DNA of 64,000 nt from Botryllus schlosseri (lineage: Eukaryota). A program made the translations under genes and the position numbers. The first letter of the stretch is position 1. Each line of letters begins with the position of its first letter. The stretch covers positions 8,184,001 through 8,248,000 of the forward strand of contig CM119385.1 of assembly GCA_051294905.1 (NCBI GenBank), written 5' to 3'. The notes under the pieces are model-generated. The model saw only the letters and a list, made by a program, of their open reading frames with translations, did no database searches and had not been told where the DNA came from. Below are positions 26,401 to 37,700 of this stretch, one piece after another.

Positions 26401-29400
26401 CTGCCCACAGTCGTCTTTAAAAAGCTGCTCGGCAAAAAACCGACGTTGAAAGACTTGAAGCAATCCCACCCGGTACGAATATCACACCCGTGGTACTTTA
26501 ATTTACGGATGAGGCTGGCCAGTGACGGAGTTATTCTAGCGTTTGGTACTCGTGTAGGTTTTTCCAACCAATTTTGCGGATGAAATTGTTGTAATAACCG
26601 CGCGAGATATCCCCATGTAGTAAGATAACTGAATATTAGGGTTGTTCAAAAGTAACTTTTTTTCCCGTTTCCGGGAATTCACCGAGTAAATTGTTTACGT
26701 TGCCTAAAAAACGCTGCACACCAAATTTGGCTCAATTCTTACCAGTAGAAGCCAATGCAGACCCAATTGAAATTTTCGAAATTATGATGAAAAATAAAAC
26801 AAATTTTACCGTAAACCTCCCATAAAATTGTTCAGTTGCCTGAAAGAACGAGGCATAATAATTTTTGCTCAATTCCAACCAGTAGAAGCGAACTTATTGG
26901 AGTTGAAAGTTTTAAATTTGCGAAAATAGCATTGACAGTGGGGAAAACCCAGAAATATGATTGAAAAACTCAAATAACTTCACTTTTACGGTTTAGAATT
27001 GCGTCAAATTTGTTTTGCATCGTTTTTGTAGACAAGTCAACAATTTCATGGAGTGTCCAGTAAAATTCGAAAAAAGAAATTTATAATTTTTTTTATAATA
27101 AATTAACATTTATTCCAATTGGCTATGCGTAGGCTTCTACTGGTAGGAATTGAGCCAAATTTGGTGCGAAGCGTTTTTAGGCAACCTATCAATTCAATCA
27201 GTGAATCCCAGGGATCCGAAAAAAAAGTTATTTTTAACAACCTTGCTTGAATATATTTTTGAAGATTGTGCCTGTGTTTGTTGCAAAGCCACATTTTTCA
27301 ATTTCAAAAGTCCGATTAAGTGCTAAAATCGTGTGATCCCTATGCCCTAGGCCTAATCTATTTATTGAAACAACTAGACTTGACTTGTAAATTGCCACGT
27401 TTAAATGTGTACTTGGGCCACCCCCGTACAACAAATACGTCATGCACAGGTGTTGAGGTGTATATGTAACGGTATTTCGCTCATGAAACAGGACGCTGTG
27501 CACTAATTTCACTCTGGAGAGAGAGAGAGATATGATATTCTTTTTTGCCTGCACCATCGAGATGCTTTGACGACGGAGTTGCGATACGGCCCCATGAGGT
27601 CATCTAGTCTGCGCCCCCGTTTTTTTTTCTCCTCCATGCTATCCGTAATTGCTGAGCGCCTAGCAGGATAGCTGCGGATACGAATTTTCGAGTCTTTGGT
27701 ATGACCCGGCCGGGGATCGAACCCACGACCTACTGTTCGAGAAGCCGGACGCATAACCATTACACTATCTCGCTCGAAAGACGGCGTTCGAATTTTGTTT
27801 CGAACCAACAAACTGTTATTGTCCAGAAAACAACGTATCGACCACCGTCTTTTTTCTGCAGGGCATACATCACAGTCTCGAGGCCTTGTTGAGTTACGTA
27901 GGGAACGTGGAAGACGATTTCATGGCCGTGTTCAGCGTCGAATATCACGACATGTTCATCGATAACAGGAAGCACGACTTGAAAGAGAACGGCGAAAACA
28001 TACCGGTCACAAATGATAACAGAACGGTGGGTGTGTGACGATTTTCCACAATGAAAATTTGTCAGCATTCGATATTCTTGTGCGTTTTCAGGAGTTTGTC
28101 GACTTGTACACCAGCTGGTTGCTCAACGATTCGATAAAGTCTCAGTTTGAAGCGTTCCGACACGGTTTTGACCTCGTCGTGGCGAAGTCTCCATTGAAAT
28201 ATTTATTCCGAAGCGACGAGCTGGAGATTTTGATAACTGGCAGTCAGGTTGGTACTGCGCGGCGGATATTTTTTCACTTGAAGGCAGTGTTGGTATGACT
28301 CGAGCCATGACTTGAAGTCGCTTGGCTTGACTCGAGTCAAAATTTGCAGTGACTCAAAGGTGGTGACTTGATCCCAACACTGCTCCAAGGATGTCTCAAC
28401 TGTTGCGACTGGCGCTTTGCGCAGTAGCCTTTAGCGGCCCCCTGATTTTTTAGTACCATGACGTTTTTTTGATACTATGAATTGTATAAAGCCAATTCTG
28501 ACATCACGGAAAGATCTCAAATATTCCGATTTCGAGTCAATCTCAAGTCACCAAATATTTTCAGTATAAATACTATGAACCAATGTCTACCAATACTATG
28601 AACCAATGTGTACCGTATAACAAACTAATTGCCATACCATATTAAAACGTCTCCTACTTTACCCCGAGTAGAATGTTGAAATCTTTCAACACATCTTTCC
28701 TTACAGGAGTATGACTTCAAATCTCTGGAGGAAGGTACGGAATACGACGGTGGCTTTTCGAAAGACTCAGATACGGTGAAACACTTCTGGTCGGTGGTTC
28801 ACGACATGTCGGACGACGACAAGAAGAGATTGCTTCAATTCACGACCGGGACCGACCGTGCCCCTGTTGGCGGGTTGGCGCAGCTGAAGCTGGTAAGTCA
28901 CTATGACTGTCAACGTACTTCTACGTCACACTTTTTAGGCAATAAGAGTTTATTTTTTAACTTTGGATATTGTAAAGCGGAAAGTCGTTTTATGATGTGT
29001 TGGCATCGATTTTAGGAGTGAAATTATAACAATTGTGCGTAACATGCCTCTATCACAGTGACTTGATGTATCTATATAATTATCTGAAGAGCTTCTTGGA
29101 GGCACAGAACTTCAATAAACAATTGAATAGTATATTGATATTGAAATAAGCCTGAATATTTTCGGCCGACTCTCGTCAGGGGTAAAGGACACTTTATGTC
29201 AACTATCATATCACAAATTATGATGTCACCGGCTCTTATGAGTGAAATTGTCATAAGAACCGAGTGAAACCATCCGTGTATCTTGTTAAATGAATATTTT
29301 TCAAGGATTTTACTTAATTTGCAGTATCATGAGTCATTTTGCATTGGTCGCGAAAATTCATCTTGCATTTTTTAATGTAGCTACCTCCGATAAACTGCTA

Positions 29401-29725
29401 AAAGCATGCGGCCCCGCAATTAAATTTTTGTCAGTAGTTGAACGTATCTTGGAAATCAGTAATTCTGCTTCTATTTCAGTTGAAATTTACAGCGTTACTT
29501 CTAATTCTAATCAAGTAGCAACGCTAACTACTTTGACCAGACCGCCCCTGATGATTAATTTTGTTTGGAAAGGTTATTGCGAGAAACGGGCCGAGCTCAG
29601 ACCGGTTGCCGACCGCCCACACCTGCTTCAACGTCATCCTGTTGCCAGATTACAAAGACGAAGAGAAGCTGAAAGAACGGCTGTACAAGGCGATAACTTA
29701 TGCAAAGGGCTTCGGAATGCTATGA
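17462..29725 (+). CDS. UBE3A: Ubiquitin-protein ligase E3A (AZUL Zn-finger + HECT), multi-exon
   Basis: Exons 17462-17490 (tentative start), 18007-18235, 18723-18978, 19431-19617, 20914-21535, 21895-22078, 22145-22281, 23070-23206, 24181-24289, 24349-24493, 26267-26472, 27862-28026, 28092-28247, 28707-28892, 29573-29725. AZUL motif [24 protein letters not shown]; HECT motifs [38 protein letters not shown] and catalytic LPTAHTCFN; C-terminus KGFGML*. Confidence 0.96.
20506..20815. repeat. 36-bp minisatellite (about 8.5 units, CAAATTAGATTAGAATTAGAGCAAAGAAAGATTTCA) within a dispersed repeat
   Basis: Units are directly visible; single related units occur at about 10000-10050, 25940-25990 and 60560-60610. 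Confidence 0.85.
23703..24019. mobile_element. hAT (Charlie-like) MITE
   Basis: TIRs CAGTGGTTCGCAACC / GGTTGAGAACCACTG; perfect TSD CTCTATAG. Confidence 0.85.
26637..27245. mobile_element. MITE with long (about 120 bp) imperfect terminal inverted repeats
   Basis: Left GGTTGTTCAAAAGTAAC..CCAAATTTGGCTCAATTCTTACCAGTAGAAGCC mirrors right GGCTTCTACTGGTAGGAATTGAGCCAAATTTGG..GTTATTTTTAACAACC. Confidence 0.75.
27517..27776 (-). mobile_element. tRNA-derived SINE with (TC)n tail
   Basis: On the minus strand: A box TAGTGTAATGG, B box GGTTCGATCCC, body GGTCATACCAAAGAC..GCGCTCAGCA, ending in a TCTCTC tail. Confidence 0.8.
28285..28382. mobile_element. Small hAT-type MITE (same family as 1753-1868)
   Basis: TIRs CAGTGTTGG / CCAACACTG; flanks CTTGAAGG / CTCCAAGG. 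Confidence 0.7.
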
Positions 29726-30520
29726 ACTGCGTTACATGCTTTTCTCGAGTTTTGCAATTTCCTCGTTTTGTTATGCACTTTCTGAATGTCTTTAAAACCA
29801 ATTGAAAATGTGGCGTTTTTGTGGCTTTACCGAGACAACAGCAGGCAGGTCTGTAGGAGGGACCAGTAACCACTTATAAAAAGGACGACTTAAAGGCGTA
29901 TGTGGTATGCAATATGGCTTTAATGTCTTACAGGTATTCATTGTTAAGGTAATGGTAGGTTATAAATCATATAATTCAAGGATTGCTCATCATACAATTC
30001 AAATATGTACCTTGGTATGCAACCAAAGACGGCAATGCCCGTTCACACTACATAGGCTGATTTGGTGAGGTTACATTAGGCCTGACCTATTTCATGGCAT
30101 TTTGGGACAAGGCTGTGGGTAGATTAGGACTTCGTGGAAATGTCATTCCAATGAATGTGTGAAGATCTATATTACATGTTTTTATTCGTTTGATTGCAAT
30201 CATTAATTCAAAACACCACAAGATTGTTATAAAATGAAAATACAGTCAGGAGTTGAATGACTCGAATGATGTAGTACAACCAGTCGAGGTTCCAAGGCCA
30301 CGTCAAGAAAAAAGTAGCAAATCTAAAATCCACATCGTTGATATCTAACTGTTAGTGGAAAAGAGTGTTCACATTCAAAGTACTCAAACTCCTGCGCCGG
30401 TAAAGTCCAAGACATGAGGTTGCAGGGTCATAAATTGTAGCCCTTTACAAAATATATCAAACTCATAGCAAATGTCGCAATATGAATTGTTTCAGCAGGT
30501 TACAGAATATTATTCAATCA

Positions 30521-31483
30521 CTAGTACTCAATATCATCTCTAAAAGGAAAGTACTTTGACTTTCTGCTGTTTTCGAATTCGCAGTACCTCGTGTCCGTAT
30601 TCAAGCTTGTCAGAAATTCCATGTCTTTGTCTGAAATCGTGAAGTCACAGGATGCAAAATTCTCCTCAATTCGCTCAGGTGATACTGACTTGGGAATTGC
30701 TATTATGCCTCTCTGCATTATCCAACGTAGTATTATTTGAGCTGGAGTTTTGTTGTATTTGGAAGCGATGGCACAAATTCTTTCATCCCCCATCACTTTT
30801 TTGATATTCTTTGCCCCACCCAACGAACGGTAAGCGGTTAAAGTTACTCCGTGTTCCTCGGAAAACTGTCGAAGTTTTTCTTGATTCAGGAATGGATGGA
30901 GTTCTATTTGGTTGGTCACCGGTTTAATGGTGCAAGATTTGAGGATACTGTCAGTTTGCTTGCTGTTGAAATTCGACAGACCAATGCTTCTGGCCAAGCC
31001 AAGTTTTACACATTCTTCCATTCCTCTCCAAGTCTCGACAGGATCTACATCGTCGAGTGCATCGAGGCCGTCTGGAGTAGTTTTGCTTTTCAGGCAGACT
31101 TGTCTTTCAGTCTCAGGAATAGTTGACCAGGGGGAGTGGACCAGGTAAAGGTCAAGATAGTCTAATTTCAGATTTGCCAGAGACTCCTTCAAGGCCGGAA
31201 CTACCATATCTTCTTTATGGTTGGTAGACCATAATTTGCTAACGACAAAAATATCCTCCCGCGTAATGGAACCATCATCTATCTTCTCGTTAATGGCACG
31301 TCCCACCTCTTCCTCATTCTGGTACTTGAATGCAGTGTCGATATGCCGGTATCCGACTTCGATTGCCTGCTTTACCGATCTATGCGCGTCTTCCCCGCTT
31401 GCCAGCCACGTTCCAAACCCCAACAACGGGCATTTTACGCCGTTATTAAAAAGAACGGACATAGTACTTCCAGCCTTTGCCAT
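30521..31483 (-). CDS. Aldo-keto reductase family 1-like, single coding exon, about 320 aa
   Basis: Uninterrupted ORF with GFGTW, GYRHIDTAFKYQNEEEVG, FVVSKLW, DYLDLYLVHSP, IGLSNFN, NQIELHPFL and IPKSVSPERIEEN; catalytic D/Y/K/H tetrad present. The ORF track start at 31555 is a TTG; real ATGs are at 31483 or 31462. Confidence 0.95.
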   Translation of the reverse strand: MAKAGSTMSVLFNNGVKCPLLGFGTWLASGEDAHRSVKQAIEVGYRHIDTAFKYQNEEEVGRAINEKIDDGSITREDIFVVSKLWSTNHKEDMVVPALKESLANLKLDYLDLYLVHSPWSTIPETERQVCLKSKTTPDGLDALDDVDPVETWRGMEECVKLGLARSIGLSNFNSKQTDSILKSCTIKPVTNQIELHPFLNQEKLRQFSEEHGVTLTAYRSLGGAKNIKKVMGDERICAIASKYNKTPAQIILRWIMQRGIIAIPKSVSPERIEENFASCDFTISDKDMEFLTSLNTDTRYCEFENSRKSKYFPFRDDIEY

Positions 31484-31710
31484 GTTGCAGCAGTTGGAAT
31501 GTTGAAGATTCCCTCCAGTACTCCAGCTAGCAGCTACCAATTTCGGTTTTATCAAAATCCATGTTGTATTTTTACCTCTGCAAAGATCGCCGAGGCGTTA
31601 AGCTGCTGCAATCATAGCAGCGTTTTTAGCAATTACGCCTATTGCAAGAATTATCACGTGACAAACACACTGTTTTGATTTTGGGATCGTGCGCAGACGG
31701 AAATAGCTGT
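31484..31710. promoter_or_regulatory. Putative bidirectional promoter between AKR and GRHPR, with palindromic E-box TCACGTGA (31654-31661)
   Basis: Only 227 bp separates the divergent ATGs at 31483 (-) and 31711 (+), and a TCACGTGA palindrome lies within it. Confidence 0.6.
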
Positions 31711-34700
31711 ATGTCCTCCAAACTATTTAAGGTTCTTGTTACCAGGAGGATTCCGAGGGAAGCGATTGACATTCTCCGTGCAAAGTATGTTCGTTACCTG
31801 TTATTTTTGCGTAATATATTGGGCTAGTATTATGTTCGGTTCGGTTTATTAGCAATTTTTATCAGTTCAATACAAATACACCACAAAATTGCGATACAAT
31901 GAAAAGATAGGAAGGTGTAGAAACGATTGGAGTAGTCTTTGGAATCAGACACCCACCTTGGCCTAGGCCAGGGGTTCTCAAAGGGTGGGCCATGGCCCAC
32001 TGGTGGGCCACAGGAGCATTTGAGGTGGGCCACAGAGCTATTTAGAAAATTTTAGAATTTATGTAGGTTTAGTTATATTTGTTATGTTAATCGCTAAAAA
32101 TATATTCATATGATCTAATTATACGTAGGCTACGTAAAGCTTTTCATCCGACTCTGATGAGACGTGTTGGCACGTATGGAGTCAGCATGTACAAATCCAA
32201 AACGGGGCTAACAGCAACTAAAATAATTTCGAGTATATAATAACTGGAAGGTAATGCTGAAGTAACCAAGCATTCCCGGCAGGCGGCAGGGGCTGGGGCA
32301 TATAGTCTATGTCGTATGCCGTTGAAAGGGGTGTGCAATAAACTTGGAATGAAATGTAATTGATGTATAGATTTACTGTAGGCTACTTAGGCATGTCGTA
32401 TTATTGTAAGATAAAATAGCCATAATTACAAATTATTAGCAACTTCTGGTGGAGGTATACTGCACCACCGAAACGAATCGTAACGGATTGAGGAGTTAGC
32501 GGAGTGAATTTATAAATGGAGTCAGTTTAAAATGTCCGCCCTGATATCATTGTACATAATCTAAGAGTCACATGAATTGATTGTGTCATTGGATTGAATA
32601 TTCTGACATCGTGACTTCAATTGGTTTGGCACAAGATGTGGCACTTCTTCGATAGTAGGTAGATATCAATAAATGTTTCCCATGAACACGAATAAAAATT
32701 TATAAACGTCAAAATGAATTGTTGTTTTTTGTGTCTTTGGAGAGACGGATATTAGGCTCGGGTCGGGTGGTATTAGGATTGGGGAAAGAGGGATATTAGG
32801 GCTTGGGAGGGGATGTTAGGCTTGGGGGAAATTAGGGTTATGGGAGGGGGGATATTAGGGTTTGGGAAAGAGGGATATTAAGGTTTGAGGAAAGGGGGAT
32901 TGGAGGTGGGTTAGGGTCAATGTTGGGGTTAGGTATCCCAAGATTAGGAAGGGGGATATTAGGGTTGCAAGAGGGGGGATATTAGGGTTGCGGGAAGGGG
33001 ATATTAGGGTTGCGGGAGGGGGGATATTAGGGTTGCAGGAGGGGGGATATTAGGGTTGCGGGAGGGGGGATATTAGGGTTGGAGTTAGGGGGATATTATG
33101 GTTGTGGGAGAAGGGATATTAGGGTTATGGGAGGGGGGATATTAAGGTGGGGGTTAGGGGGAAATTAGGATTGTGGGAGGGGGGATATTAGGGTTGTGGG
33201 GATATTAAGGTTGGGGTTAGGGGGATATTAGGGTTGTGGGAGGGGGATCCTGGGGTTAGGGTATATTAGGGCTGTGGGAGAGGGGATATTAGGGTTGTGT
33301 GAAAGGGAGATTGGAGGTGGGTTAAACCCCGGTTAGGGGTAATCTAACTACAACGTTGAACCTAACCCACCTCCAACCCTAATATCCCCCTAACTCCAAC
33401 CGTAATATCCCCCTCCCGCAACCCTAATATCCACCTAACCCCGACCCTAATATCCCCCCTCCCACAATCCTAATATCCCCCCCCCGCAACCCTAATATCC
33501 ACCTAACCCCGACCCTAATATCCCCCCTCCCACAATCCTAATATCCCCCCCTCCTACAACCCTAATATCCCCCTAACCCCAACCCTAATATCCCCCCTTC
33601 CGCAACCCTGATATCCCCTAACCCCAACCCGAATATCCTCCTCCCGCAACCCTAATATCTCCCTAACCCCAACCCTAATATCCCCCCTCCCACAACCCTA
33701 ATATCTCCCCTCCCACCCTAATACTCCAACCCTAATCTTGGGATACCCTAAACCAAACTTTGACCCTAACCCTCTCCAAACGCAAAAACAATATATTTTG
33801 ACGTTTATAAATTTGTGTTCGTGTTCATGGAAAACATTCATTGGTGATCATGGTGAACACTTTTCGATGTCTACCTACTATCGAAGAAGTGCCCAAGATG
33901 TGTTATTGAGTGTATATTAAAAAAATCTTTCTCCACTTCTCTGTAGTACCCCATTCACCAATGAATTGTTTGAAGCTGACCCAGAATGATTATATTACTC
34001 CCCACAATAGTGGAACTAAAATCCCAATCACACGGTGGATGCGTGGATTTGATGTTTGTGTTTCGCGATGTGAATGGAGCAGCTGACGATCATAATATAC
34101 ACAGGAGATTCAGCCTATGATCAACCAAGGCCCTAACTGCTGCACCCAAACCCCCGATTGCGGGACCTCGAAGGGGCCCAAGATTATTTCGTTGGTCGTT
34201 TATTGGAGGATATTTATTCGACTTGGAAATTTCCGTCGCGCTTCGCGCGATTCAACGGTCCGAAATGTCTACATTTAAATATCATGAGTAAATTAGAGAC
34301 AAATGCGCATATTTTAGAGGAATAGGCATATCGGCACAGTCGATTACCACGCATTGAACAGGATTATGACTCTAAGATTAGAGGTGGGCCACAGCACATT
34401 TTCAAACCGGAAAATGGGCCACGTCCAAGAAAGGGCTGAGAACCCCTGACCTAGGCGATGTAAATTTAATCGGTGGATCAGATAAGATGATCGTCAGATT
34501 ATATTTTTATCTGAACAAGACACACACAATGTACAATGCGATAAAACACAATGTGATGTAATGAACAGATAGGAGGGTGCCGAACGACCAGTTGCAGTTG
34601 TGGTCTCTTAAACTGGCATCCACCTCGGCCTAGTGCCCGATGTCGCAGTTCTTTCTTCAATGTTTGTCACTATTCCGCTGCTCTTTGTTGCTCTTTCCAT

Positions 34701-37700
34701 TCCTTTTTTGTCGCTGTAAGAACAGCTAGATGGGGGAAGAGAAGCCCAGAATGACCTCCGTTGCGGAATCGAACCCGGGCCGTCCGGGCGGCAGGCGCTT
34801 ATCGTCACCACTACGCTATCTTCCCCGGTAAACGGCCACAATGAAGAGAATACCATTATAATAATCTGAATGGACAAAATCTAAACCAACAATGATTTCG
34901 CAAGTGGTCTCGATAATCAATTTCATATTGAGGTCAAAATTCTGAAAGCGGGGTAAGAACCCTTATTGATCCAGACTCTGCCTATGACATGAAATGAGAT
35001 GTCAAATCAGCTTTCAACTCTTCTGACTACCTGACTAGTAGCTTCTACTGGACTAGTGTGCAGTATCAACTTCGCCACGCACCGATTTTACCTGTAATCA
35101 GTGCTGTATCATACCTCTACATCGCTTGCCTATTTTTCAGTAACTGGGTTGGTTATTTCTCATTGAGTGTAGATGCCTCTTATAATGCATTCTCCCATTC
35201 TGTTAAAATATTAGTAGACTAAGTTGGGTGTTTGATTGATTGACTTCGCCGAGTCGTTTAGAATCCTTCTTTTCTTTCCATTGTACCGCAATCTTTCATC
35301 TAATGAAATTCTTAATGAACTGAACTGTCATAGTTGAAAATTTAATATCACTACAGGTGTAGCCTGGATATATGGGACAGTGATGAATGCATACCGTCAG
35401 AAACGTTGCATGAACGTGTAAAGAGTATTGACGGGTTGTTCTGCTTGCTGACCGATAAAGTGGGATCGTCATTGCTCGACAGTGCAGGTTAGTATTGAGA
35501 TAATGGCATTCTTAGAATAAAATATGTTATTGCCATTTCAGCCAAATTATAATTTTGTTACCTCACAAAAATGCTTGTTTTCTTCGACTTATGAATGAAA
35601 TTTAGTTGTTATAATTTTACGGTGCAATTATGATGTTACAGGACAAAGTTTGAAGGTCGTCAGTACCATGTCCGTCGGTGTGGATCACATTGATCTGCAG
35701 GAATGCTCAAGGAGAGGAATTTCTATCGGTTACACTCCAGACGTACTAACAGCTGCAACGGTAAGCAACTTCAACCAAACTACTATTTAAATATAATATA
35801 TACCACCAATCTAACTAATAGATCTATCAACTACTAAGTGCTTTACCAAGTGCTAATTTTGTAATTATTTTGCATTTATGGTTATACCTTGTGACTCAGG
35901 ACAGTATCATTTTAGGCAGAATTCACACTTGCCCTTCTTCTATCCACATCAAGAAGAGTCCTGGAGTCAGCAGCTGAAGCTAAATGGTTGGTGCTACGCT
36001 TGATTAATGATTAAAGAGACAATTGGAAATGAACACATATGTGGCTAATTTTCGGTAAATCTATTGAGAAATCCCTGTTTCAGTGGTGGATGGGGTACCT
36101 GGAAGCCAATGTGGATGTGTGGTCCTTCCCTTGACGGAAGTACCGTTGGCATTGTCGGACTGGGCAGAATTGGGATTGCGACCCTGGAACGCTTGAGACC
36201 ATTCGCTCCGAAAAGATTTTTATACAACAACACAAAAAGAAAGTCAACATCGCAAGAGAAATCTCTCAGTGTGGAATATGGTAAGCCTTTCATTTATATC
36301 CAGAAGTGGTCAGTGATCAGCAACGTACTTTTACTTTTTCAAAGTACTCAAGTAGGATTTACAAACTTGCAATACCGCCACTACTTCCACTTCACTTGAC
36401 AATGTTTAAGGTAAAGCTACTTCTTACCCTCTTAATTTTGTAAAGAGGAAATTGTTATGGGGTATGTTTGCTTCATCTTTATGTGTGAAATTGTCATTAC
36501 GTAGGGGCGAAATAGCCCGTGTATTATAGCAACTGGATTTATTTTCGAAAATTCCACTTATCTGTAGTGCCATTAGTCATTTCGAGTTACTCGCTAAGAT
36601 GCATATATGTCATATATTACAATTTCGATAGTGGAAAGATCCGATTAACTGTTGAATTTATGCAACCCCTCGACCAAATCTAATTTTTGAAATTACTTAT
36701 TGTGTATGTTTCAGACCTTGATTTTCTGCTGCAACTTGAAGTAATTTTGATATGTCTTGTAAATTTCTACTTCTACGCTAGTTGAATGACCAGCAATGTA
36801 TGAGGCATGTTGGTCTCTGTGTTGTTTAATTATTCACATAAAATGCACCTCCTACTTATACGAAGCAGGTGGCCTTGGCCACTAAATTTACGAATAAAAA
36901 AGAAGTTATGATAATGATGACGTAATAAATCAGCATGATTGAAGAAATATCAAAATTTACCCTTCCTGTGTATATTAAAGCATCTATTCCAAAGAGTAGA
37001 AGTTTATGCAGAAAGATGTGCTTCATACACCAGGTCGATACGTTTGCTACTTGTTACTTAAGGATTCTATATGGCACTGCTTGCAGAGCTGCGGTAAGGG
37101 TGAGGAGGTTAGTTGAATCTTACATCGCCGCAAAATCATCTGTTTACAATAATTGATATCATTTGATTTATGGTTATTTGCAAATAGCAATATGTCGGAG
37201 TGTACGCATGCAATATACTTTCAGCCGATTTTGGCACCCTGCTCGAAGAAAGTGACTTTGTATTGTGTATGTGCGCCCTGACTCCGGAAACAAAGAATCT
37301 TTTTAACAAGGCTGCTTTTGACAAAATGAAAAATACCGCTATCTTCATAAACACAGCCAGGTAGGTTGCTACTTACGCAACAATATAGGGCAGTGGTCGG
37401 GAACCTTTTCTGTCGGAAGAGCCATATTAGCCCTATTTTTTCCATCTCAATTCCCAAAGAGCCATACCTGACAATCAACTGTTACGTCACAATTGAAAAT
37501 TCGTGACATCATGATAGCACTATTTTGAACTCACTATACATGGGATTCCTCGCGTGCGCCATATTTTCTCTGTAAAAACTGGTATTTATTGTTCGAAAAT
37601 AAAGCTCGAAACGAGAGGTAAGGCGCAGACGGGCCAAGCCGCACCATTGATAACACATTTCATCGTATAAGTGGCTTAGAATTTATTATAACTGATATTA

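Larger units (their letters stand above)
31969..34448. mobile_element. Non-autonomous hAT-type element (2.48 kb including a nested insertion) in GRHPR intron 1
   Basis: TIRs CAGGGGTTCTCA / TGAGAACCCCTG; TSD GCCTAGGC / ACCTAGGC; GAGGTGGGCCACAG subterminal motifs at both ends. Confidence 0.8.

Noticed and set aside
31484-31555. N-terminal extension of AKR given by the ORF track
   Set aside because: It starts at TTG; eukaryotic initiation at ATG 31483 or 31462 is more plausible.
32747-33770. Ancient telomere-telomere chromosome fusion site
   Set aside because: The arrays are 22-bp units rather than pure TTAGGG and are bounded by TIRs plus a TSD inside a hAT element in an intron, so transposon origin explains them better.
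34755-34826. Functional tRNA gene (Asp/Gly-like)
   Set aside because: The acceptor and T stems do not pair, and it continues into a repeat body found in multiple copies; it is a SINE head.
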